Positions 55,171 to 63,877 of a DNA stretch of 64,000 bases are shown here, piece by piece. How positions within the stretch are numbered: the first letter of the stretch is position 1; each line of letters opens with the position of its first letter. Below the pieces are notes generated by a model, which was given only the letters and a program-made list of their open reading frames with translations, did not search any database and was not told the origin of the DNA. A program made the position numbers and the translations under genes. The stretch comes from a virus (Duplodnaviria > Caudoviricetes), in the IMG/VR virus record IMGVR_UViG_3300042383_000120, positions 1,598 to 65,597 of that record. One strand, given 5' to 3'.

Positions 55171-56073
55171 ATGTCTCAACTCGAAATGAACTTCGCACCT
55201 GTGGTGCCCTCGATCTCATCGTCGTCCATGCTGGTCGACCTCAGCATCAGCATGTGGGCTGGGCGCAAAGGGGACAAGCGCGCTTCCGAGGAAGTCGCGT
55301 CGGCCAACAACGCACAGAAGGGTGTGGCGCGGGTGACTAAGAGCCTGCTGGGCGACTGCGATGAACTCGATGCGCTGGTCAAGTTCGGTGCTCACGCGCA
55401 CAGCGTCAACCGCAACAGCACCCTGCCGTGGTCGGACTCGGGCCCGCGCTTGCTGCCCACCGTCCGATACTTCGCATACCACAAGAACATGAGCGCCATG
55501 CAGGCTGAGTTCTACCGCATGGTGGACCGACTGATCGACGTCTACGATCTCGAGGTGTCGCAGGTGCAGGCCAAGCTGGGTGACCTGTTCGATGTTAGGG
55601 ATTACCCTACCGCCGATGACATCCGCAAGAAGTTCTCGTTCAAGTTCAACTATATACCGCTGCCCGAGGCTGGCGACTGGCGCTTGGACATTGGCAACGA
55701 GGCACTGGCATCGTTGAAGGAGCAGTATGAGTCGCACTTCGATGGCTGGTTTGCCGCAGCCATGCGGGACATCTGGGAACGGCTCTATAAAACCCTGTCC
55801 ACGCTGTCGGCCCAGCTGTCCGACAAGACCGAGGACGCCAAGCGTGCGCCGGGTATCTATGCCACTGTGTTTGATCGGGCGCTGGAGATTATCGACATGA
55901 TGGAGACGTGCAACCTGACGGGCGATCCGCAGATGCAGTTGATGCAGCGGCGGCTGTCTCAGACGTTCAAGGGCGTGACTATCGAGGACCTCAAGGACGA
56001 CGCCTACCTGCGCCGGGAAACTAAACAGGCCATCGACGCAGCCATCAAGAACCTGCCCTCGCTCGATCTGTGA
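55171..56073 (+). CDS. DUF3150-like protein
   Basis: S.W.GRK.D; TLPW.D.G.RLLP; LGDLF...DYP; CNLTGD; precedes the AAA gene. Confidence 0.65.
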   Translation: MSQLEMNFAPVVPSISSSSMLVDLSISMWAGRKGDKRASEEVASANNAQKGVARVTKSLLGDCDELDALVKFGAHAHSVNRNSTLPWSDSGPRLLPTVRYFAYHKNMSAMQAEFYRMVDRLIDVYDLEVSQVQAKLGDLFDVRDYPTADDIRKKFSFKFNYIPLPEAGDWRLDIGNEALASLKEQYESHFDGWFAAAMRDIWERLYKTLSTLSAQLSDKTEDAKRAPGIYATVFDRALEIIDMMETCNLTGDPQMQLMQRRLSQTFKGVTIEDLKDDAYLRRETKQAIDAAIKNLPSLDL

Positions 56074-56132
56074 TCGGGCGTTAGGCAACAGACTAACACG
56101 ACAACCAAAACATCTTACGGAGAACAATCCAA

Positions 56133-57308
56133 ATGACGAACAATGCAACTGCGATGTATCAGATCGACCTCGATCAGTGCGCATCCCTCATCAAGGCCGT
56201 GGGCCACAAGCGCACTGTGCTGGTGCAGGGCCACATGGGGACGGGTAAGTCCTCGCTCCTTCGCACCCTGTCGGCTGCCATGCCGACCCACACGGCGTGC
56301 TACTTCGACTGCACGACCAAGGACTTGGGTGACATCACCCTGCCGAATATCAAGGGGGCTGGGCTTGGCGCTGGGTCGCGGCTTGTGGGTAAGATGAACC
56401 CCATGACGCATGACGTGGACCTGAGAGTAACAAATCAGGAGGACGAGCAGGACTACGTCACCTATGCCACCAACGAGGAGTTGGGTGCGCATCACAAGAA
56501 GCCGATCATCCTGATGATCGACGAGTATGGTAAGGCCAACCCGTCTGTGAAGAATGCCCTGCTACGCCTCATGCTCGAGCGCAAGATCGGTAGCTATGAA
56601 CTGCACGAGGACAGCGTGATCTTCGCGACGACCAACCTTGGTGCCGAGGGGGTAGGTGACTTGCTGCCGCCTCATGCCCGCAACCGCATCACTGTCGTGA
56701 CTGCCCGCAAGCCGAGCAACATGCAGTGGATCGAGTGGGGCATCAACAACGGCGTGGACCACACCCTGTTGGGCTGGTGCAAGGACAACCCGCAACTGTT
56801 CAACTCCTTCGACGACCACCCGAACCCGGACGACAACCCCTACATCTTCCACCCCAAGCAGCAGCGTGCAGCCTTCGTCACGCCTCGCAGCCTTGAGGCC
56901 GCGTCCGACGTGCTAAAGTCACGTGATGGCATGGACGACATGACTGTGACCGCTGCCCTGATGGGCACTATCGGTGATCGTGGTGCGATGGACCTGATGG
57001 CCTTCGTCAAGCTGGCTGACCAGCTGCCTTCGCTACAGTCTATCAAGGACACGCCCGAGACCGCCAAGGTGCCGTCATCTGCCGCTGCCGTGTGCATGGT
57101 GGTCTACCGGACGCTGGCTGCGATGGACAAGGACCTCATCAACCCGTGGATGGTCTACATGGACCGGCTGGACAAAGAGGCACAGGGTATGTTCGCCAAC
57201 GGCGTGCGCTCCCCCAAGTATGGCAAGCAGGCTCTGATTATGACCAACGGGAAGTTCACCCAGTGGGCCATGCAGAACGGCTATCTCTTCGCCGCTGATA
57301 AGCGGTAA
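56133..57308 (+). CDS. MoxR-like AAA+ ATPase
   Basis: Walker A GHMGTGKS, Walker B ILMIDE, sensor TTN, RNR, TPRS. Confidence 0.85.
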   Translation: MTNNATAMYQIDLDQCASLIKAVGHKRTVLVQGHMGTGKSSLLRTLSAAMPTHTACYFDCTTKDLGDITLPNIKGAGLGAGSRLVGKMNPMTHDVDLRVTNQEDEQDYVTYATNEELGAHHKKPIILMIDEYGKANPSVKNALLRLMLERKIGSYELHEDSVIFATTNLGAEGVGDLLPPHARNRITVVTARKPSNMQWIEWGINNGVDHTLLGWCKDNPQLFNSFDDHPNPDDNPYIFHPKQQRAAFVTPRSLEAASDVLKSRDGMDDMTVTAALMGTIGDRGAMDLMAFVKLADQLPSLQSIKDTPETAKVPSSAAAVCMVVYRTLAAMDKDLINPWMVYMDRLDKEAQGMFANGVRSPKYGKQALIMTNGKFTQWAMQNGYLFAADKR

Positions 57309-57312
57309 GCCC

Positions 57313-57507
57313 ATGGCCAAGAACGATGGGAAGCGGTGGACCTCATCAGAACTTACCAAGCTGTTCAGCCATTGGCGCAACGGCTTGACCTTGGAGACTA
57401 TCGCAAAACGACTAGGCCGCACCAAAGGTGCGGTCCAACAGAAACTCTATGACTATGACATGCACACAGATGAGCGCATCCGTGAGAGCGCCGAGGAGAA
57501 CAAATAG
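57313..57507 (+). CDS. Small HTH protein resembling the GcrA N-terminal/Myb-like domain
   Basis: WT..E...L...W..GL....IA.RLGRT..AV..K. Confidence 0.65.
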   Translation: MAKNDGKRWTSSELTKLFSHWRNGLTLETIAKRLGRTKGAVQQKLYDYDMHTDERIRESAEENK

Positions 57508-58716
57508 ATGTTTATGTTAGGCCAAGCACTAACACTGGAGCAGCGGCTCCAGAAGGCTGTGATCGACATCATGGCCAACCCCAAATACGTCGCCCTTGCG
57601 GGCATTCTGATGATCGGTGGACGCCGCATCGAGGACGATCCTGCCAAGTGTCCGACTGCCTACACCAACGGCAGGGACGAGGTCTATGGCCGTGCCTTCT
57701 GCGATCCACTGAGCGATGCCGAGCTGCGCTTCCTTGTGCTGCACGAGTGCTATCACAAGCTCTATCGTCACCTGACCACGTGGCGCTGGATGTATGACGA
57801 GAACGCTAAGCTGGCCAACGCGGCCTGTGACTATGTGATTAACGTCAAGCTGGTGGACGACAACGCAGCGGACGGCTTCGCTAAGATGACTGGCCCGCTC
57901 AAGATCGGCTGCTACGACAAGAAGTATGCGGGCTGGGATAGTGCACAGGTCTACCACGACCTCAAGAACGGCGGACAGGGCAAGGGTGGTGGCTCAGGCT
58001 CAGGCACTGGCTTCGATGAGCACGGCTGGGATGATGCCAAGGAGATGACCGCTCAGGAGAAGCAGGACTTGGCCCGTGAGATCGACGAGGCTGTGCGTCA
58101 GGGCGCACTGATGGCAGGCAAGATGGGAAGCGGTGGCGACCGCGACCTTGAAGCCTTGCTCCAGCCCCAAGTGGATTGGCGTGAGGTGCTGCGTGATTTC
58201 GTGCAGGCAACCTGTGCAGGGACTGACTATTCCACATGGCGTAGGCCGAACCGCCGATACATCGGCGCGGGTGTCTACATGCCAAGCGGGATCAGCGAGA
58301 GCATCGGCGAGATCGTGGTGGCTATCGACACGTCAGGCTCTATCGGTGGGCCGCAGCTGTCCGCCTTCTTGTCCGAGGTCAAGAGCGTGGCCGAAACCGT
58401 CCACCCAGAGGCAATCCGCCTGCTCTACTGGGACACGCAGGTGTGTGGCGACGAGCGCTACGAGGGTGAGGACCGGGATAAGATCGTGCAGAGCACCAAG
58501 CCCAAGGGTGGTGGCGGCACCACAGTTGAGTGCGTGCCTCGCTACCTGCAGGACAACCAGATCAAGGCACAGTGCGTGATCGTGCTGACCGACGGCTATC
58601 TGGGCGGCTCATGGGGTGATTGGCAGCACCCCGTCCTGTGGGTCATCCTCGACAACAAGAACGCCGTGCCGAGCGTAGGTCAGGCCGTGCACATCAGAGG
58701 GAGGGACATGCGGTGA
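57508..58716 (+). CDS. Metallopeptidase + vWA domain protein (DUF2201-type)
   Basis: PTAYTNG, LHECYH HExxH, N.A.D..IN; MIDAS DTSGS, GGGGT, LTDG. Confidence 0.88.
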   Translation: MFMLGQALTLEQRLQKAVIDIMANPKYVALAGILMIGGRRIEDDPAKCPTAYTNGRDEVYGRAFCDPLSDAELRFLVLHECYHKLYRHLTTWRWMYDENAKLANAACDYVINVKLVDDNAADGFAKMTGPLKIGCYDKKYAGWDSAQVYHDLKNGGQGKGGGSGSGTGFDEHGWDDAKEMTAQEKQDLAREIDEAVRQGALMAGKMGSGGDRDLEALLQPQVDWREVLRDFVQATCAGTDYSTWRRPNRRYIGAGVYMPSGISESIGEIVVAIDTSGSIGGPQLSAFLSEVKSVAETVHPEAIRLLYWDTQVCGDERYEGEDRDKIVQSTKPKGGGGTTVECVPRYLQDNQIKAQCVIVLTDGYLGGSWGDWQHPVLWVILDNKNAVPSVGQAVHIRGRDMR

Positions 58717-59021
58717 AACCGAGGTATGCGCCGCAGTGGCACGATTCAGGCGAGGAGGTGTTCATCGGGCACGTCGGGCTCTTGGACATCTACTTTGAGC
58801 ATAATAAGGCCGACGATGAGGACTGGATCATCGTGGTCGGACCAGACGAGCGTCAGGTGAGACCGCGCTCTGAGGGATATAACTTCGATGTCTACGACAT
58901 CATAGATGGGAACAGGATAGTTCCGAACCCGAATAGTCCGCCCGACATCCACGTCGAGCTGGCTGAGATGTGTGAGATTTATGCGCTGGCTATCAGCCTT
59001 GGATACTTGGAGGAGCAGTGA
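58713..59021 (+). CDS. Hypothetical protein
   Basis: GTGA overlap with upstream stop; GGAGG RBS. Confidence 0.6.
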   Translation: MKPRYAPQWHDSGEEVFIGHVGLLDIYFEHNKADDEDWIIVVGPDERQVRPRSEGYNFDVYDIIDGNRIVPNPNSPPDIHVELAEMCEIYALAISLGYLEEQ

Positions 59022-59431
59022 TGGGATACATGAGTGACGTGGTGATTGCCTTTGCATTCAACAGCAAAGAGCAGATCGACGAGGTGATGGCGATCTATCG
59101 CATGCACAAACTTGTGCAGGAGCATGATCTGGCCAAGGAGTGGCAGGTCCATGACTGGAATGGTGTATGGGGCCTGACCTACAGCTCAGCCGGTGTGAAG
59201 TGGTATGAAACGTATGAGGATGTGCAGGGTTTTCAGCACATGGAAAATGTCGTCGTGGACTTCTCCGAGAACCGCGAGGGTTTCGAGTATGCCTATCGCA
59301 CGCTCAGGATCGGTGAGGACGATGCAGACATCGAGGAGAACCACCACGGCCATCAAGAAGATAACAGCACCCTGTCGGATGAACTCTGGGACCGCATGTC
59401 ACTGCGCAGAGAGATCGAAACAACCTTCTAA
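59021..59431 (+). CDS. Hypothetical phage protein
   Basis: MGYMSDV; VKWY..Y..V; RIGED..D.E pattern. Confidence 0.7.
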   Translation: MGYMSDVVIAFAFNSKEQIDEVMAIYRMHKLVQEHDLAKEWQVHDWNGVWGLTYSSAGVKWYETYEDVQGFQHMENVVVDFSENREGFEYAYRTLRIGEDDADIEENHHGHQEDNSTLSDELWDRMSLRREIETTF

Positions 59432-59469
59432 CCGCCGTTAGGCTACAGACTAACAAGAGGATCAATCCA

Positions 59470-60543
59470 ATGACTTACATCCCTAACCTGAACAGCTTCT
59501 ACGAAGTCGCTGCATGGTATGCCAAGACCAAGCCCGTGGTGAGCAAGCAGCACACCGTCGAGCAGGACGTGCGCCCCATCGGCAAGCGTGCCCGCAAGTG
59601 GGAGCGGATCATCAAGGTCAATGACCACTGCTACGCCCTGTCCTGTGGCGGCTACGCCGACCCGGTATTCAACTGGGGCTATACCGACCAACTCAAGGTG
59701 CACCCCCTGACCACTAAGGACATCGCGCTGTGCTCTCCCATCGTGTGGCGCAAGCACAAGGATGGCACCGAGACGATCACCGTGCGCAACGGGGCGGGTG
59801 AGTGGCAGCACAACCAGACCTACTCTTTCATTGCTCGTGCGTTGCCCTGTGAACTCTGGTTCCGCCAGACCCGTGAGGGCAAGCAGTATATCTACAACCG
59901 CGCAGCCGGACAGACGCTGCACCTACCCAAGACCCGCACCGTGCCGCGTCACATCGTCGAGCACCACAAGGAGGTGGCTACGAAGAACAAATCCTCGTGG
60001 TATACCAAGCGCTACCTCAAGGCCTTCCAGACCGGGGACGACGGGCTCAGCGTGACGTTCAAGCGTGAGAGTGACGGCAAGTTTACCCTCGTCGGCGAAC
60101 CCCAGAAGGTCATGGTGGACCGCACCCGTGTGAACAAGGACGAGAAGCGCGAGTTCAAACCGCACATTGAGGCGCTCTACGGTTGGGCGCAGACCATGTA
60201 TCCCATGATGCGCGACCAGCTGAACTGGAGTTTTCGGATAGAGATAAACAAGCAGCTCGACCAGATCGCCAAGGAGCACAAGATCGAGGGCTACAGCAAT
60301 AGCCACTCTGCCCTGTTCACATACGCTGAGAAGGAGCTCGTCCGTGCCATCCTGAAAGACCCTGAGCACGTGATGCGCTACGGCTTTGGTGTGGCGGTCA
60401 TGATGTCCATGCACGACGCGGAGAGTTCTTATTATGGCGACAAGGGCGACGTGGAGGCGCTGGCTAAGCACATCCGCGCACGCTTCAACAGATGGATCAA
60501 CGAGATGGCGGGCTTCGCCACCAAAGTGAAGATGGAGAAATAA
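59470..60543 (+). CDS. Hypothetical protein
   Basis: 357-aa ORF; GAGG RBS directly after a palindrome. Confidence 0.75.
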   Translation: MTYIPNLNSFYEVAAWYAKTKPVVSKQHTVEQDVRPIGKRARKWERIIKVNDHCYALSCGGYADPVFNWGYTDQLKVHPLTTKDIALCSPIVWRKHKDGTETITVRNGAGEWQHNQTYSFIARALPCELWFRQTREGKQYIYNRAAGQTLHLPKTRTVPRHIVEHHKEVATKNKSSWYTKRYLKAFQTGDDGLSVTFKRESDGKFTLVGEPQKVMVDRTRVNKDEKREFKPHIEALYGWAQTMYPMMRDQLNWSFRIEINKQLDQIAKEHKIEGYSNSHSALFTYAEKELVRAILKDPEHVMRYGFGVAVMMSMHDAESSYYGDKGDVEALAKHIRARFNRWINEMAGFATKVKMEK

Positions 60544-60544
60544 A

Positions 60545-61453
60545 ATGACATACAGATACCAACCAAGCCTCGTCTCGCAGTATGCGAATGACGACCAAGC
60601 GGTCAAAGAACAGCACGAGCACTATGAACTCGCAGGCTACCGCGCCGAGCAGATCAAGAGCTTCATCAAGGCCACGTGCAAGGCACTTGGGGCTGCCCAC
60701 TGCAACCTCGACTACGGCTCTGCCGTGATCTATCGCCCGGGCGACACCCATGTGCTGGGCGAGATTGGCTTCAAGGATATTAGGGTCAAGGGTAAGGGTG
60801 CGTCCGACCCGCAATACTACGTTAGGGCGCGGACTATCGCCAATGGGAAGTATCGCGACACGATATGGCAGCACAACATCATCGGCACCAAGTCGATGAA
60901 GAACGCGGTCAAACATGCGGAGGAATACTTCAAGCCCGTGCCTGCCTCAGAGGCTATCAGGCTGACCGCGACCCGGGCGCGGAGCGTCGTCGATAAGGCT
61001 GTGTCTGTGCACTTCGATGTGGTGCGTAACGCATATCGCCAACTGTTCGGGGACTCGGGCTACGGCAACAAGTTTGACACGCCGATCTTTCAGGAGTTGC
61101 GGCACAGCACCTTCATATCGCCACAGGTAAGCAAACTTATGGCTGAGTTCTTCGAGGGTCTCGATGCGTGGCGTGAGGCTAAGGGTATCATCGAGAAGGG
61201 CATCCACTACGTGTCGCTGACCGACAACTACGGACAGCTGGTGGCCGACACTGCACACTGTGGCACGTTGTTTGGACACGACAACGGGACCAGCGAGGTC
61301 ACGCGGCTTCCCGCTACGGAACTTCCCGAGTGGATGCAGGGTCGCCTCGCTGTGCTGCAGATGCTTAAGCCCGAGAACTACGTGCAGGGGGTGGGCCTGC
61401 GGCTAGACGACAAGGTGTTTTATATCATGGGGGACACGACGGATGAAGAATAG
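60545..61453 (+). CDS. Hypothetical protein
   Basis: 302-aa ORF; GGAG RBS; C-terminal domain shared with the next gene. Confidence 0.75.
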   Translation: MTYRYQPSLVSQYANDDQAVKEQHEHYELAGYRAEQIKSFIKATCKALGAAHCNLDYGSAVIYRPGDTHVLGEIGFKDIRVKGKGASDPQYYVRARTIANGKYRDTIWQHNIIGTKSMKNAVKHAEEYFKPVPASEAIRLTATRARSVVDKAVSVHFDVVRNAYRQLFGDSGYGNKFDTPIFQELRHSTFISPQVSKLMAEFFEGLDAWREAKGIIEKGIHYVSLTDNYGQLVADTAHCGTLFGHDNGTSEVTRLPATELPEWMQGRLAVLQMLKPENYVQGVGLRLDDKVFYIMGDTTDEE

Positions 61454-61847
61454 GATGAAGCGTATCGTAGACCTGCAGAGGATCACTGAGCATGATATAC
61501 GCGTGGCGTCAGTGCCCCGAATGTGGCGTGCCATGGCGGACGTGCTGAAACAGTCGGCGCGGGCCAAGGAGATGCGTGCCCAGTGGACCACAAACTTTGA
61601 GAACGTTTATCGTGTTATGATAACGCCTAACACTGGATGTGTTGAGGTTGTATGCCTTGGCATTGATAGTGTTGACAGTGAAGCGGAAGGCACCTACTCT
61701 GACAGTTCGCAATTACCTGCGTGGATGCAGGAGAAGCTGGCTGTTCTATCAATGATGAAGGTTGATCCCCCACAGACAAAGGTCGAGGGGGTCGGCATGC
61801 GTATCGACGACGATGTGTTCTGGGTCATCAAAGGGGAGAGAGCATGA
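61443..61847 (+). CDS. Hypothetical protein (C-terminal domain paralogous to previous gene)
   Basis: LP.WMQ..LAVL.M..V.GVG.R.DD.VF. Confidence 0.7.
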   Translation: MKNRMKRIVDLQRITEHDIRVASVPRMWRAMADVLKQSARAKEMRAQWTTNFENVYRVMITPNTGCVEVVCLGIDSVDSEAEGTYSDSSQLPAWMQEKLAVLSMMKVDPPQTKVEGVGMRIDDDVFWVIKGERA

Positions 61848-62068
61848 TGGCTAAGTGGGAAGTCGGGGGCGATTGCCCCCGCGACGGGGAAATCCGCGTG
61901 GTAAACTATGTGGACGGGGAAACGGTGCCGGAGGATGCCTTCGGCAACAAGGGCTACCCAATCCCTCTCATCAAGCACCGCATCGAACAGTTCTGGGAGG
62001 GCACATGGGTACCCATCAAGGTCTACCATGACCCGGGGAACGGGGAACTTCAAAGGATCAAACAATGA
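61844..62068 (+). CDS. Hypothetical protein
   Basis: ATGA overlap; GGAG RBS. Confidence 0.6.
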   Translation: MMAKWEVGGDCPRDGEIRVVNYVDGETVPEDAFGNKGYPIPLIKHRIEQFWEGTWVPIKVYHDPGNGELQRIKQ

Positions 62069-62193
62069 CCGGCTTTGAACTGTTCCTCACACAGATCGGC
62101 TTCCTGCCGAAACCTACGCCGCAGCAGGCCGAGCCTGTTAGGCAGGAGACTAACAGCGATTGGTATAAACAAGGAAAGGAGTGCCCCTTCTGA
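62065..62193 (+). CDS. 42-aa peptide (not in ORF track)
   Basis: ATGA and TGATG overlaps on either side; ends ECPF. Confidence 0.55.
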   Translation: MTGFELFLTQIGFLPKPTPQQAEPVRQETNSDWYKQGKECPF

Positions 62194-62492
62194 TGGCCGA
62201 CACCCCGGAGAAGAAGGTCAAAACCAAGGTGGTCGCCCAGCTGAAAACGCTGGGTGCCTACTACTTCTACCCCGTGACGGGTGGGTTCGGTGCATCAGGT
62301 GTTCCTGACATCGTCGCCTGTCTCAAGGGGCGGTTCATCGGTATCGAATGCAAGGCCAATGGCAACAAGCCTACAGCACTGCAGCAGATGAACTTAGATA
62401 AAATCGCGGCGCAGGGCGGCATCGCCCTCGTCATCGACGAAACCAACGTGAATGAATTGAAAGGGATGATCGAGAATGTTCTGGAAAGCTAA
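62193..62492 (+). CDS. VRR-NUC domain nuclease / Holliday junction resolvase-like
   Basis: TPE.KVK; G.SGVPDI..C..G.FIGIECKA; PT.LQ...L..I...GG.A.V. Confidence 0.88.
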   Translation: MADTPEKKVKTKVVAQLKTLGAYYFYPVTGGFGASGVPDIVACLKGRFIGIECKANGNKPTALQQMNLDKIAAQGGIALVIDETNVNELKGMIENVLES

Positions 62493-62694
62493 ACGCGCCG
62501 AGGCCATGCCGCACCGTGACGTGCAGGCAGAGGCCGCACTAGGGATCAACAGTGCAGCCGCCGTACTGCCGCCCAAAAGGTTCATGGACCTCGTCTACTG
62601 GGCCATCATCAGCAACCGCCAGATCAGTGTCGAGGACATCGACGCACTGGCCAACCGACTGTCGCGCATGGCTTGGGAACGGGGGCGGAGATGA
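62476..62694 (+). CDS. Hypothetical protein
   Basis: Operon-contiguous ORF. Confidence 0.55.
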   Translation: MFWKAKRAEAMPHRDVQAEAALGINSAAAVLPPKRFMDLVYWAIISNRQISVEDIDALANRLSRMAWERGRR

Positions 62695-62882
62695 AAGAAC
62701 TGACAAGAGAAGCCCAGCAGGGCGCGATCCACCTGAAGTGGGGCTTCCTGCCTGTGTTTATGGTCCGTGTGGCGGTGCCAAGCTCCGCGCCGGGGATTTG
62801 GAAGTGGGGTCGCTGGCGCTATGCGCGGCTGCCTGAGGTGGTTGACCTGAACTCGCGGCTGATGGGAACATGGAGGGACTGA
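62691..62882 (+). CDS. Hypothetical protein
   Basis: ATGA overlap with upstream stop. Confidence 0.5.
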   Translation: MKELTREAQQGAIHLKWGFLPVFMVRVAVPSSAPGIWKWGRWRYARLPEVVDLNSRLMGTWRD

Positions 62883-62883
62883 C

Positions 62884-63303
62884 ATGATTACTCACAACAG
62901 GATGACTGATAGAAACTGGCGCATCTACTGGGCGCGGGTGGAGGACAAGAGAACACTCCAATCTGTCGCTGACGAGAACAACATAACTCGAGAGCGGGTG
63001 CGTCAGATTGTAGGCAAGGGACACCGTGTGGTTGATTACATGGACGCCTTGGATGTGGCACCGAAGGACACCCTTGGGTGCCTCGTACTGTCAACTCGCG
63101 TGGAGCATGCAATCATCAATGAGGCTGGGCCGGATTGGAGGGCGGTCAAGATACGAGACTTCTTGAGAAGTCACCCGCACTGGAAGTTCAGGATGTACCC
63201 GAATGTCGGGAAGAAGGCCGTAACGGAACTGCGTGATGCTGTCGCTGTCTTTGACGAGGAGGCCGCAACGCTTTGGTTTAATGGAGAGGAGATACCGAAA
63301 TGA
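62884..63303 (+). CDS. Sigma70 region 4-like HTH fused to RNA polymerase alpha-CTD-like domain
   Basis: RTLQSVA..NNITRERVRQI; L.LSTR..HAI..IRD..PNVGKKA..EL helix-hairpin-helix. Confidence 0.7.
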   Translation: MITHNRMTDRNWRIYWARVEDKRTLQSVADENNITRERVRQIVGKGHRVVDYMDALDVAPKDTLGCLVLSTRVEHAIINEAGPDWRAVKIRDFLRSHPHWKFRMYPNVGKKAVTELRDAVAVFDEEAATLWFNGEEIPK

Positions 63304-63488
63304 CCACATACCTGACGATCCTCTGGATCACGATGCACGGCGGGCCTATCGAGGGCAGCAGCTATGGCATCCCATTCCTGACCGAAGCTGCCTGCAAGGA
63401 GGCGATGAAACCCGTGGGCGACACTCTGGACTATGACTACAGCATGGAGTGCGCGAGCCTGCCCGTTGAAGTGGAGATGCTGCCATGA
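63300..63488 (+). CDS. Hypothetical protein
   Basis: ATGA overlap; GGAG RBS; Cys pair. Confidence 0.55.
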   Translation: MTTYLTILWITMHGGPIEGSSYGIPFLTEAACKEAMKPVGDTLDYDYSMECASLPVEVEMLP

Positions 63489-63877
63489 ATGACGAAGTAC
63501 TGTGCAACGCGCTGCGTTACGAGAAGTGGGACGAAGCCGCCGACCGCATCGAGGCCCTGACCGCCAAGGTCAAACTTATGGACGATCTCGACGTTATCAA
63601 CGGGGAGAAGATCGAAGCCCTGACCGAGCAACTCGAAGCCGCCCGCGCTGACGCCAAGGAGGCCGAGGCTTATGCGGAGGAGTTGGAGAAGCGTGTGGCC
63701 TTTGTGGAAGGGGAGCGCAGAAAAACTCTCCAAGCACTACTCAAGGTGACGAAGATACATGATGAGGTCGAATCCAAGCTGGCGAAGGCGGCGGAGGGGT
63801 TGCGGGAGATTGCGGGTGAGTGCGGTTGCTCAACAGCCCGCGCCATCATCGCCGAGATTGAGGGAGAGAAGAGATGA
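63485..63877 (+). CDS. Coiled-coil hypothetical protein
   Basis: EAADRIEAL motif; heptads. Confidence 0.65.
   Translation: MNDEVLCNALRYEKWDEAADRIEALTAKVKLMDDLDVINGEKIEALTEQLEAARADAKEAEAYAEELEKRVAFVEGERRKTLQALLKVTKIHDEVESKLAKAAEGLREIAGECGCSTARAIIAEIEGEKR

Noticed and set aside
51682-62154. GTTAG-N8-CTAAC as CtrA boxes
   Set aside because: CtrA consensus is TTAA-N7-TTAA; half-site sequence and spacing differ by one base here, and the motif is a true palindrome with conserved inner KC/GM
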